Part shown: positions 1 to 7,414 of the stretch, in pieces
How the letters are laid out: each line of letters begins with the position of its first letter
Numbering within the stretch: position 1 is the stretch's first letter
IMG/VR virus record: IMGVR_UViG_3300048858_000105
Coordinates: 1-52,099 of that record
Direction: 5' to 3' (one strand)
Length of the DNA: 52,099 nucleotides
Source of the DNA: a virus
Taxonomy: Duplodnaviria; Caudoviricetes
Notes under the pieces: generated by a model
Seen by the model: only the letters and a program-made list of their open reading frames with translations
Databases searched by the model: none
Told to the model about the DNA's origin: nothing
Program-made: the position numbers and the translations under genes

Positions 1-501
1 GTGACGCCCCTGCAGCCCGACCGCGGTCCGACCACCGCCTCGCTCGTCGGACGCGTGCGCGAGCGGCTGCGCGCGGATCGCACGGATCCCGCGGACGCCC
101 CCGACGCGGTCGCGCGCCTCGCCCGCGCGGAGGTCCGTCGGCACAACGAGCTCGCTCTGGCCCGCGGAGGGACGCCCATCGACGACGAGGCGGGACACGT
201 GCGAGACGTGCTCGCCGCCGTCACGGGGCTGGGTCCGCTGCAGCCCTATCTCGACGACCCGGAGGTCGAGGAGCTGTGGATCAACGCGCCCGACCGGGTG
301 TACATCGCGCGGGCGGGGGTCTCCGAGCGCACTCCGCTGCAGCTGACCGACTCCTCCGTCCGCGACCTCGTGGAGCGGATGCTGCACGCCACGGGGCGCC
401 GCGTGGACCTGTCGCAGCCTTTCGTGGACGCGTCGCTGCCGGACGGATCGCGCCTGCACGTCGTGATCGGCGGCATCGCGCGGCGTCACTGGGCCGTGAA
501 C
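1..501 (+). pseudogene. tadA: Host CpaF/TadA-family Tad pilus ATPase, 5' fragment interrupted by the prophage
   Basis: GLGPLQPYLDDPEVEELWINAPDRVYI...RRVDLSQPFVDASLPDGSRLHVVI is typical of the CpaF/TadA N-domain. Similarity stops at HWAVN, where the family normally continues IRKF and then Walker A; no Walker A is present. Confidence 0.9.
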
Positions 502-525
502 GCGGACAATATCTATCCACGCGTC
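480..525. other. Putative att junction (host/phage hybrid site)
   Basis: Abrupt change from tadA codons (...GCCGTGAAC) to an AT-richer segment (GCGGACAATATCTATCCAC). The exact crossover cannot be fixed without the other junction. Confidence 0.7.
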
Positions 526-531
526 GAAGGG

Positions 532-735
532 TCACGCAGCGAGTCGACCCTCACGGACGACGCGTGCCATCCAAGGGTCGTGCGCGATTCCCTCGATCGA
601 CTCAGCTGCGCGGTGCAGCAACACGTAGTACCTCGCCGGAGTCAGACCGAGCGTGCGACGGATCGCTTCGTCCTTGAACCCGGACGGCCGCGGGTGCGCG
701 CGCTCGAAGTCGAGCAGGTCAGGAGCAGTGAGCAT
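532..735 (-). CDS. DUF3263-like small protein (67 aa)
   Basis: LLDFER...KDEAIRRTLGLTPARYYVLL...HDP resembles DUF3263. TACCGT lies 7 nt upstream of ATG 735. Confidence 0.75.
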   Translation of the reverse strand: MLTAPDLLDFERAHPRPSGFKDEAIRRTLGLTPARYYVLLHRAAESIEGIAHDPWMARVVREGRLAA

Positions 736-851
736 CCCGGCCACGGTACGCCTGGCCACCGACATAGCGCGGAGCGCGAGAGCCCATGGCCGGGTGAAGT
801 GCGGGGTGAGACCCGCTGCCGCGCGGCCCACGCGGGCGCGAGAATCCTCTC

Positions 852-986
852 GTGAACGAGATGTACGATCCGGTGATCGACGATGGACACCTCGTGCGGA
901 GCGAGGTCGACGAGCTGCTGCTCGTGGCTCATGCGGACACCGTCGAGGACCTCATCGCGAAGCTCCACGTGTACCTCAGCGCCTGA
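852..986 (+). CDS. Small hypothetical protein (44 aa), not in the ORF track
   Basis: GTG-NEMYDPVIDDGHLVRSEVDELLLVAHADTVEDLIAKLHVYLSA-stop, with GC3-rich codons. GAGAAT lies 6 nt upstream of the start. Confidence 0.5.
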   Translation: MNEMYDPVIDDGHLVRSEVDELLLVAHADTVEDLIAKLHVYLSA

Positions 987-990
987 CGCT

Positions 991-1284
991 CTACGGGGCG
1001 ATGATCTTGTGGCCGCCGGCGTTGCGGCGGGCACGACCCACCCCCGCCCACGCGCGGGCGCCGGGGATCCCGAGCAGCGCGCGCACGAGCGGCTGGCACT
1101 CCTCGTCCACCTCGTGGAAGCCAGCCCACGTGCCGACCTCCCGCGCGAGGATGTCGCCCCGCCCGCCGGCGGTGGCGAGCAGCTCGTCGATCGCGGCGCG
1201 CGGCTCCGTCGTGAACTGATGGCGAGTGCAGATCGCGGACAGGCGGACCCCGAGGATCGTGTCGGAGTGGAGGGGGCCGGTCAT
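991..1284 (-). CDS. Hypothetical protein (97 aa)
   Basis: Clean ORF with TAGCCT 6 nt upstream of the ATG. A diverged second copy at 2551-2707 conserves the amino-acid sequence. Confidence 0.75.
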   Translation of the reverse strand: MTGPLHSDTILGVRLSAICTRHQFTTEPRAAIDELLATAGGRGDILAREVGTWAGFHEVDEECQPLVRALLGIPGARAWAGVGRARRNAGGHKIIAP

Positions 1285-1407
1285 GCGGCGAGGCTACGCC
1301 GGGTGGCCGACACGATGACCGTCCGCTTCGACGCGCACGGTAGCCAACCGTCGGGCGCCCCTGCAACCCTCTGATACGTGCGGCCGGATGATCCCTAGTG
1401 TTGACGC

Positions 1408-1689
1408 GTGCCCGCCGATGAGACTGTGATCCGCACCGAGCTCATCCTCAACGGGCGCAGCTTCCTTCTCGCGCAGGGGCAGGACATCGCTGCGCTGAGG
1501 GCCCGGATCGAGGAAGCGACCCAAGGAACGGGTGCGTTCGTGGACTTCACGATCGTCGGCAACCGCTCCTTGAGCGTCCTCGTCTCCCCAGCGGCGCGGG
1601 TCGTGTTCGCCACGGAGACTGTGCCGTTCGACCCGAGAGACACGGGCGATGAGCAGGCGCCCTACGGCGAGATGTTCGACGCCATCTAG
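1408..1689 (+). CDS. Hypothetical beta-rich protein (93 aa)
   Basis: Protein-like composition; TAGTGT lies 6 nt upstream of the GTG. Confidence 0.75.
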   Translation: MPADETVIRTELILNGRSFLLAQGQDIAALRARIEEATQGTGAFVDFTIVGNRSLSVLVSPAARVVFATETVPFDPRDTGDEQAPYGEMFDAI

Positions 1690-1908
1690 CAGTGAGGCGG
1701 CCGGGCGGTTGGAGTCTGTCCCGCATGGCGGGTCAAGCCCTGGAATCAAGTTCGCGGGCAGCACCACGATCACGTGTATGCCTTTCCGACCTGAGGAGTG
1801 GCGGATTCGCCACAGCGCTGAGAAGAAGGCCCCCAGCGGGCCCCGGGAAACGGAACTGTCCTGCCAGGACGACGACGACCAGCCGGGCCGGGCCGAACCA
1901 GAGAGGTC

Positions 1909-1955
1909 GGGCCGCCCCTCCTGAGGAGCACGCTCAAACCCAGGAGGGGCGGCCC
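1909..1955. terminator. 15-bp perfect inverted repeat, terminator-like
   Basis: GGGCCGCCCCTCCTG (1909-1923) / CAGGAGGGGCGGCCC (1941-1955), between convergent genes. Confidence 0.55.
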
Positions 1956-2177
1956 TAGCTCGCTGCGCTCCTCGGGGACATCGGAAATACGAGGCCGCGC
2001 CCCGCATCGTCGCAGGATATGACCGCGAGACTACTCCCGGACGCGCCGCGCCGGAACCTCTCTCGGGCATTGAGGGCCCCCGGTCGCGACGTCGGGCGGC
2101 AGTGGCTCCGTCATGCGGTGAGCGTACGTCGAACCTTGGACGCTAGGAGTTGTCGCCGTTGGCCCCGCCCATTCACG

Positions 2178-2504
2178 CTAGAGCTCAAGGTAGCTGACCT
2201 CACACCCTGCGCCGAGTTCCTGTTGCAGGCGATTGGCGAGCGAGCGCCCGTGATTTCTCCACCTGCGCCGAGCTTCTGAGTCCACCCGCTCGTCGTCGGG
2301 GGCGCGCTCGGCGTCGTCCCTGTCATCTGCGATCGCGGCATGCAGACGAAAGAATTCTCTGTGCCATTCCTTGATCGCTTCGACGAGGTGCTCGGAGATA
2401 GGCAGGTCGGATGGCTCGATCGCGCCCTCTTCGGCACCGCGCGTTACGTCCCACAACGGCGTTTCATCCCATGCGCCTGCTAGCCGCACGCGTCTTGCCG
2501 GCAC
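2178..2504 (-). CDS. Hypothetical protein (108 aa)
   Basis: GTG 2504 is preceded by an RBS (GAGGAGAGG). Sequence TPLWD...LPISEHLVEAIKEW...LANRLQQELG. Confidence 0.7.
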   Translation of the reverse strand: MPARRVRLAGAWDETPLWDVTRGAEEGAIEPSDLPISEHLVEAIKEWHREFFRLHAAIADDRDDAERAPDDERVDSEARRRWRNHGRSLANRLQQELGAGCEVSYLEL

Positions 2505-2550
2505 GATGTACCTCTCCTCAGCCTTACGACGCTTCCTTGCTGGCGCTGGG

Positions 2551-2707
2551 CCAGCCTCGCGCGCGAGCAGATCGCCGCGGGCGCCGGCCGCATCGACTAG
2601 CTCGTCGATCGCCGCACGCGGCTCAGTCGTGAACTGGCTACGGGTGAGGATCGCCGAGAGCTTCACGCCGAGCGCGGGGCGGTGTCGGGTGGGAGCGGCT
2701 CGGTCAC
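2551..2707 (-). pseudogene. Frameshifted, truncated paralog of the 991-1284 gene
   Basis: MTEPLPPDT/frameshift/LGVKLSAILTRSQFTTEPRAAIDELVDAAGARGDLLAREAG aligns with MTGPLHSDTILGVRLSAICTRHQFTTEPRAAIDELLATAGGRGDILAREVG. Its GTG overlaps the upstream stop. Confidence 0.8.
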
Positions 2708-3087
2708 GAGGCGAGCGTCATCGTCGTGTACGTGGCGGCCAGCAGGAATGCGAGAAGGGAGAGCACCAGCGCCCAGGCTGCCATCGGGCGCCGCCTGCGA
2801 GGAAGGAACAGCGCCACGATCGCCCCTACGCCGGTGAACATCGATAGCGCCCCAGCCGCTGCTGGGACCGAATACGACAGCAAGACAGCAAGGAGGGCGC
2901 AGAAGAACGACAGCGTTCCGAGCAGGTTGCGACGCTTGGGTGGATTCACGATCGTCACCGCGACCGGAGCGCCGGCTGGCGGAGGCGCGAACGGGCCCCA
3001 AGCTGATCCGTCCCAATAGCGCTGAGCGCCGCTGGTCGGGTCGGCGTACCACCCCGCAGGCGGCGGGCTGTTCGGGGGCTGCGTCAT
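2704..3087 (-). CDS. DUF2510-domain membrane protein
   Basis: PPAGWYADPTSGAQRYWDGSAW motif followed by three hydrophobic segments. Confidence 0.85.
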   Translation of the reverse strand: MTQPPNSPPPAGWYADPTSGAQRYWDGSAWGPFAPPPAGAPVAVTIVNPPKRRNLLGTLSFFCALLAVLLSYSVPAAAGALSMFTGVGAIVALFLPRRRRPMAAWALVLSLLAFLLAATYTTMTLAS

Positions 3088-3228
3088 GCTCGCTCCTGCA
3101 TCTCTAACGGGCGGGACATCGAAGTGTCGGCGAGCGACATGCGGCCGATCGTAGCGCCAGCGCTAGGGCCTGACGAAACCGCCCCTCCCGGGGAGCCAAG
3201 TTGCTGCGTGGGGCGGTAGCGCGCCGAG

Positions 3229-3648
3229 TCACAACAGGGGAAGGATGATGAACTCTCCCGTGATGAGTCGGCTGACGAACTCGACACTGGCGCCGACTCC
3301 CACAGCGGCACTACCGATGCCTTCGACGACGAGGGCCCAACGCGGAAGGCCCGGCTCGTCATCCTTACTCTCCGGCCATCTGACCGACTGCCGAGAGGCG
3401 GCGAGGTGCAGCATCAGGATCCCGCTGAGGCCGAAAGCGACCGCCATGAGCAGCAGGAGCGCATTGATGAAGCCTTGAACGGCGTCGGGACTTTGGAAGG
3501 CGCCGATCGCCACACCAACGCCCCAGATCAAGAACGCGACAATGATGCCCGCAGCGGTGCGCGTCGCGACATCTCGCCAGAAGGACTCCTCGCGTACCCA
3601 TCGCAGAGGCCAGAACCGTGGTGGCGTTGGGCCGACGTCGCTCGCCAT
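3229..3648 (-). CDS. Membrane protein (about 3 TM), moron
   Basis: Three hydrophobic stretches; TAGCTT lies 6 nt upstream of the ATG. Confidence 0.75.
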   Translation of the reverse strand: MASDVGPTPPRFWPLRWVREESFWRDVATRTAAGIIVAFLIWGVGVAIGAFQSPDAVQGFINALLLLMAVAFGLSGILMLHLAASRQSVRWPESKDDEPGLPRWALVVEGIGSAAVGVGASVEFVSRLITGEFIILPLL

Positions 3649-3754
3649 GGGGCCAAGCTACACGGGCTGCCGGATCCCGCCGGGAACAGTGCCGACGACC
3701 GGCACGATGAGACCGCCTTCCGGGCAGTCGGCCAACGGCTCCCCCCGAGGAGGC

Positions 3755-4192
3755 TCAGTTCTCTGTCTTCTGAAAGCCGATCTCGCCGCGCTGAATGATC
3801 GGCATCAGAACGGCCTGGCCGAAAACCCGCTGCGTCAAGTCGGCGACCGCCTGACGCACATAGGGAACAAGGGCCATGATGCCGACTTCAGTGGCGAACT
3901 CGAGCCTCGCCTGCTCCGGCATGCTGAACGGCTGAACAGCCTTGTATGTCGCCGCAACGTCGACGAGCACGTTCCCGATGCCCAAGTACAGGCGGGTCGC
4001 TAGACGAACGCCGATCTCATCATCCTCTTGGCGGATCCGCATAGAGTAGGAAGGCTCGACGTTGTCCGGCAGCTGCGTCTCCTCGCTCTCCTCGTCGACG
4101 TCGGCCTGAAGCGAGAAGTATTGGATGTCGATCAAGTCGACGCCAAGCTCGAGAAGCTCACGGGCGGAGGTGACGATCCTCGGGTCTGTCAC
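3755..4192 (-). CDS. SecB-like chaperone (145 aa), TAC component
   Basis: Acidic, four predicted beta strands, then EFATEVGIMALVPYVRQAVADLTQRVFGQAVLMP, matching the SecB pattern (L.PY.R..I...T......L.LP). GTGA overlap with the upstream stop; RBS GAGGAG. Confidence 0.85.
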   Translation of the reverse strand: MTDPRIVTSARELLELGVDLIDIQYFSLQADVDEESEETQLPDNVEPSYSMRIRQEDDEIGVRLATRLYLGIGNVLVDVAATYKAVQPFSMPEQARLEFATEVGIMALVPYVRQAVADLTQRVFGQAVLMPIIQRGEIGFQKTEN

Positions 4193-4773
4193 GCAGCGCT
4201 CCTCACTGGGGCGCCCCAACCACGACGCGTGGGCACGCGCCGACTCGGATCGATACGAACGCGAGGAGCGCCTGTCGAGGTTAGCCACCCGTCATGGCGG
4301 GCGTTCCGCACGTGTGCAAGAGCGCCGTTGAGAGCGGTTATCTCCTCACGCGACATGGGCGGATACTCCTCGAGCGGCACTTCGCACATCTCTGCCCAGG
4401 CGAAGACATCAGGCCATGCCCAAACACGGTTGCCTCCGACGTGCTGGTAGTGAGCCGGGAACCCGCCCCGGCGTTTACCGACCGTCCAGAGGCGGGCGGT
4501 CTCACGAGACACCTCAAAGCGCTCGGCGATTTCCGCCACCGTGACCAGTTCCAGTTCGATGCGGACAACGTGGGCACCGATCGCACGGAGGTCTGACGTC
4601 AGCTGATTGAACGCGTCGATCGACGAGGGTGCGGCAACATCAGCGTCGACGGTCACGATCCCACCCGACATGCCTACGACGGCCGCGTACTCCAGACGAT
4701 CGAGCGCAGCGTTCTGCTCCTCAGAATCGAGGTCAAAGCCTTCGACTACCGCGATCAGCGAGTAAGTACTCAT
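4189..4773 (-). CDS. Putative antitoxin: N-terminal alpha/beta domain, HTH, and unstructured ChAD-like tail
   Basis: LVTVAEIAERFEVSRETARLW HTH and FP...VWAWPDVFAW. The C-terminal ~35 aa are R/P/G-rich with two GW motifs. Lies between a toxin-like and a SecB-like gene. Confidence 0.75.
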   Translation of the reverse strand: MSTYSLIAVVEGFDLDSEEQNAALDRLEYAAVVGMSGGIVTVDADVAAPSSIDAFNQLTSDLRAIGAHVVRIELELVTVAEIAERFEVSRETARLWTVGKRRGGFPAHYQHVGGNRVWAWPDVFAWAEMCEVPLEEYPPMSREEITALNGALAHVRNARHDGWLTSTGAPRVRIDPSRRVPTRRGWGAPVRSAA

Positions 4774-4826
4774 GCTCACCAGCTCCCTCTACTACGTACC
4801 ATGTTGTCACATGCCAACACCGGGTG

Positions 4827-5075
4827 TCACCACTGCCGCCTGTCCGGCGCGCAACCGTGGGGGCACCGCCTGGCCTTCGCCCAGATCTTCCGCGCCGTGT
4901 TCCGCCCAGTGCCGGCAACATTGATGCGGCACCCCTCCCGGGAGTGCTCACTGCAAAGCAGATAGCCAGCGGGATGCGCTCGAGCCCCGTCCGTCTCGTG
5001 GTATTCCCAGGAGAACTCACGCTCCAGCGCAGCGATGCAGTCGCGTGCGTCATGGTCACTCGGCAGTCCGCCCAA
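4827..5075 (-). CDS. Putative HicA-like toxin (82 aa, Cys-containing)
   Basis: Alpha-beta-beta-beta-alpha pattern: helix, WEY, AHP (His at the HicA GSH position), LLC, CRINVAGT, basic final helix. TTG start with RBS GGTGGAG. Confidence 0.65.
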   Translation of the reverse strand: MGGLPSDHDARDCIAALEREFSWEYHETDGARAHPAGYLLCSEHSREGCRINVAGTGRNTARKIWAKARRCPHGCAPDRRQW

Positions 5076-5110
5076 CGTCTACGCTCCACCCTGTCTTCCC
5101 GTCGTGGGCC

Positions 5111-5116
5111 ATTCTA
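5111..5116 (-). promoter_or_regulatory. Candidate -10 box (TAGAAT) for the TAC operon
   Basis: TAGAAT on the minus strand, about 35 nt upstream of the toxin start and downstream of the late terminator. Confidence 0.5.
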
Positions 5117-5165
5117 TGTTTCCTCCCAGACACCTCTGCCGGGGGGTCAGGGCTCGCTATATCGC

Positions 5166-5257
5166 GAAAGAACCGCCCCTCCCGGAGAGCCAGCCCACGG
5201 TCGACATGAGGATCATCATGTCGACCGTGTGTTACTAGCTCACCCAGGAGGGGCGGT
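5166..5257 (-). terminator. Long-stem terminator closing the late/lysis operon
   Basis: Outer stem ACCGCCCCTCC/GGAGGGGCGGT; inner perfect 14-bp stem (5196-5209/5216-5229); followed by TCTTT on the minus strand. Confidence 0.7.
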
Positions 5258-5278
5258 GTGTTCGGGTTCTGCTGCCCG

Positions 5279-5647
5279 TCAGAAGCGCGGCACGACGGGT
5301 CGGTAGCTGCCAGCCTGCTTCGGCTGCTCGTTCGGGACGATGTAGACCCCGATACCGGCGAACGCGGCCACGCCGATCTGCAGCCATTCGGCGGTCGTGA
5401 TGCCTCCCGTCAGCGCGGATGCGACGGCGATGAGGCCGGCGACGATGAACGCCGTTGCCGACTTGGCGTACGCGCCGGGCCCGGTGGGCAGGTTCGGCAC
5501 GAGGTAGGTGGCGATCGCGCCGACGCCGACGATGCCGACGTTGACGAGCTCCTCCGGCGACACGACGTCGTCGGTGAGGGCGGTGACGAGGACGCTCACC
5601 GCCGCGAGCGCGATGTAGATCAGCGCCTTGGCGTACTGCTTGATCAT
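5279..5647 (-). CDS. Holin (about 4 TM)
   Basis: Internally duplicated hydrophobic protein (AKA...VYLVPN twice), last gene of the lysis cassette; ATGA overlap with the upstream gene. Confidence 0.75.
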   Translation of the reverse strand: MIKQYAKALIYIALAAVSVLVTALTDDVVSPEELVNVGIVGVGAIATYLVPNLPTGPGAYAKSATAFIVAGLIAVASALTGGITTAEWLQIGVAAFAGIGVYIVPNEQPKQAGSYRPVVPRF

Positions 5648-5979
5648 GGCTTCTCCTTCGAGCGGGGTTCGATGTTCTGCGGGGTGCGACGCCACGAGCG
5701 CCACAGGGTGATCGCCAGGCGCCAGATGCCGGCGGCGATCGTGATGTACACGGCGAGCCGGATCCACTCGCGCCCGGGGTACTCGCCGCCGATGAGTCGC
5801 GTGAACGTCGACAGCCCGGCCCACAGCACGAGGGCGATGACGAAGTACATGAGGGACTTGCCGGCGGCGGTCTTGCGCCAGTTGAAGAACGCCGCGTACG
5901 AGATCGCGAAGAAAACCGCGCCGATCATGGAGATCGTCATGATGACGTCGCCGAGGTCGTAGAGCAGCTGCTCGTTCAT
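5644..5979 (-). CDS. Membrane protein (3 TM), putative holin or lysis accessory
   Basis: Hydrophobic segments; translationally coupled within the lysis cassette. Confidence 0.75.
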   Translation of the reverse strand: MNEQLLYDLGDVIMTISMIGAVFFAISYAAFFNWRKTAAGKSLMYFVIALVLWAGLSTFTRLIGGEYPGREWIRLAVYITIAAGIWRLAITLWRSWRRTPQNIEPRSKEKP

Positions 5980-6230
5980 CCGTGGCTCCTCCGTGGGGTG
6001 AAGGTGATTTGGATCTCGTCGCCGAAGTGGTTCTCCTCGCGGCGCTGTACGAGCTTCTCGGCGATGCGGATCACCGTCCCGGACTGCATCCGCAGGTACG
6101 CGAGCTCGCGCGTAGCGTCGCTGCGCATCTGCCGCGCCTCGGTGACGTCGGTCTCCTCGAGGGCGGATTCCACCTGCTCGGCCGTGACTGCGACGTCTGC
6201 GCCGCGTCGCTTCTTACGGGGCCACCACAT
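5976..6230 (-). CDS. Lysis-cassette hypothetical protein
   Basis: ATG 6230 with GGAGG RBS; contains ...REENHFG... and is coupled to the next gene. Confidence 0.7.
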   Translation of the reverse strand: MWWPRKKRRGADVAVTAEQVESALEETDVTEARQMRSDATRELAYLRMQSGTVIRIAEKLVQRREENHFGDEIQITFTPRRSHG

Positions 6231-6579
6231 GGTCACCTCCGGTCGGCTGCGTGTCCTCCGGGATCTGCGTGGTCGGGGTGACCGCCGCGAAGAAGTGGGC
6301 CGAGGTGCGGGTCGCTTCGAGCAGGATCGTGTTCTGCCCGCGGATCTCGACGTTCACGCGCCGCTCGTGCAGCGCCGTCTCTTTCCACTCGTCACCGCGC
6401 TTCACCTCCGCGGCGATCGCGATCGCGGCGGATGACCTCACGATCTCGATTTCGCGCTCGTGCGAAGTCCGCGTGATGATGCGACCTGTGGCGAACAGCC
6501 AGTACAGGGTCGCCAGCATGCCGAGCATCCCGCCGAGCGGGGTCAGCGACCACAGCCCCGGCAGTTCGAGGCCCTCCAC
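6214..6579 (-). CDS. Single-TM lysis-cassette protein
   Basis: N-terminal TM followed by a coiled segment; directly after the endolysin. Confidence 0.7.
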   Translation of the reverse strand: MEGLELPGLWSLTPLGGMLGMLATLYWLFATGRIITRTSHEREIEIVRSSAAIAIAAEVKRGDEWKETALHERRVNVEIRGQNTILLEATRTSAHFFAAVTPTTQIPEDTQPTGGDHVVAP

Positions 6580-6583
6580 GCGC

Positions 6584-7348
6584 TCAGTCCTTCTCGACGG
6601 CGATGCTGTGCTTGTCCAGCCATGCACGCATCTCGGCGCGCACTGCCTTCTCGACCGTTGCCCGGTCGACGCCGCCCTTCGCCGCGAGCAGAGCGGACAG
6701 GGACGCGATCGCGGCGTCCTGAGCCTCCAGGCGGCGGGCGTTGTTCTCGTTCTGCCGCTTGAGCGTCACGAAGTTGCTGCGGATCATCGCGGTGAGCTCG
6801 CCGTCCTGCCGCTCCCGCTCCTCGGTGCTGATGGCCACGGCGTCGAAGACGGCCTTGGCGTAGTTGTGCGTCATGTCGAGCTTCTTGCGCTCGTCAGCGT
6901 CCATGTCTTCCTCCTCGTATCGCCAGACGCCGTCGGCGCCCTTGTTCAGCGGAATGTGTTCGCCGCGGTGGTTGTCGCGGCTGATGTCGTACTCGAAGTG
7001 CCAGGGCTCCATGAGCGTGTAGACGCCGTTGACCCAGCGGTAGACGGTGCGGATCCACCCGTGGTCGGCGAGAATCTCCACGCGCTGCTCGTTCGTGTCG
7101 ATCGCCTCGCCGCGGCAGTGGACCGACATCTCGGCCGGGTACCCGATCGGCGCCCAGGGCCCGGTGCCGTTGAGCCACGCCTGGTACTTCCGGTGGTTCT
7201 CGTTCGCCTTCTCCGGCGTCCGATACCCCTCGGTGATCTGCTGCGGGTGCCCGATCTGCCGGTCGATGCGGAAGATCGACCGCGCCGCGTCCAGCGCGAG
7301 CTTGCCGCGGCCGTGGCCGAGGTCCGCGAGTTCCAACGTGCCGCCCAT
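6584..7348 (-). CDS. Endolysin, M15-type zinc peptidase
   Basis: GYR, SVHCRGEAID (SxHxxGxAxD) and EPWH motifs; positioned before the holins. Confidence 0.9.
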   Translation of the reverse strand: MGGTLELADLGHGRGKLALDAARSIFRIDRQIGHPQQITEGYRTPEKANENHRKYQAWLNGTGPWAPIGYPAEMSVHCRGEAIDTNEQRVEILADHGWIRTVYRWVNGVYTLMEPWHFEYDISRDNHRGEHIPLNKGADGVWRYEEEDMDADERKKLDMTHNYAKAVFDAVAISTEERERQDGELTAMIRSNFVTLKRQNENNARRLEAQDAAIASLSALLAAKGGVDRATVEKAVRAEMRAWLDKHSIAVEKD

Positions 7349-7366
7349 GACGGCCTCCTTCCATGC

Positions 7367-7398
7367 GTGAAGCCGCCCCCGAACGGGGACGGCTTCAC
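7367..7398 (-). terminator. Hairpin between the tail and lysis genes
   Basis: GTGAAGCCGTCCCC-GTTC-GGGGGCGGCTTCAC on the minus strand; weak U tract. Confidence 0.5.
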
Positions 7399-7414
7399 AA
7401 GCGAGTGGTGTCTG

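Noticed and set aside
1-855. 284-aa ORF as a complete gene
   Set aside because: Only the first 167 codons resemble TadA. The rest is read-through into phage DNA, antisense to the DUF3263-like gene.
1690-2177. Known riboswitch (e.g. c-di-AMP ydaO)
   Set aside because: I could not match the conserved sequence blocks, and there is no suitable downstream gene.
2178-2666. 162-aa ORF as a single protein
   Set aside because: The first ~40 aa belong to a pseudogene relic, and a strong RBS supports a separate start at 2504.
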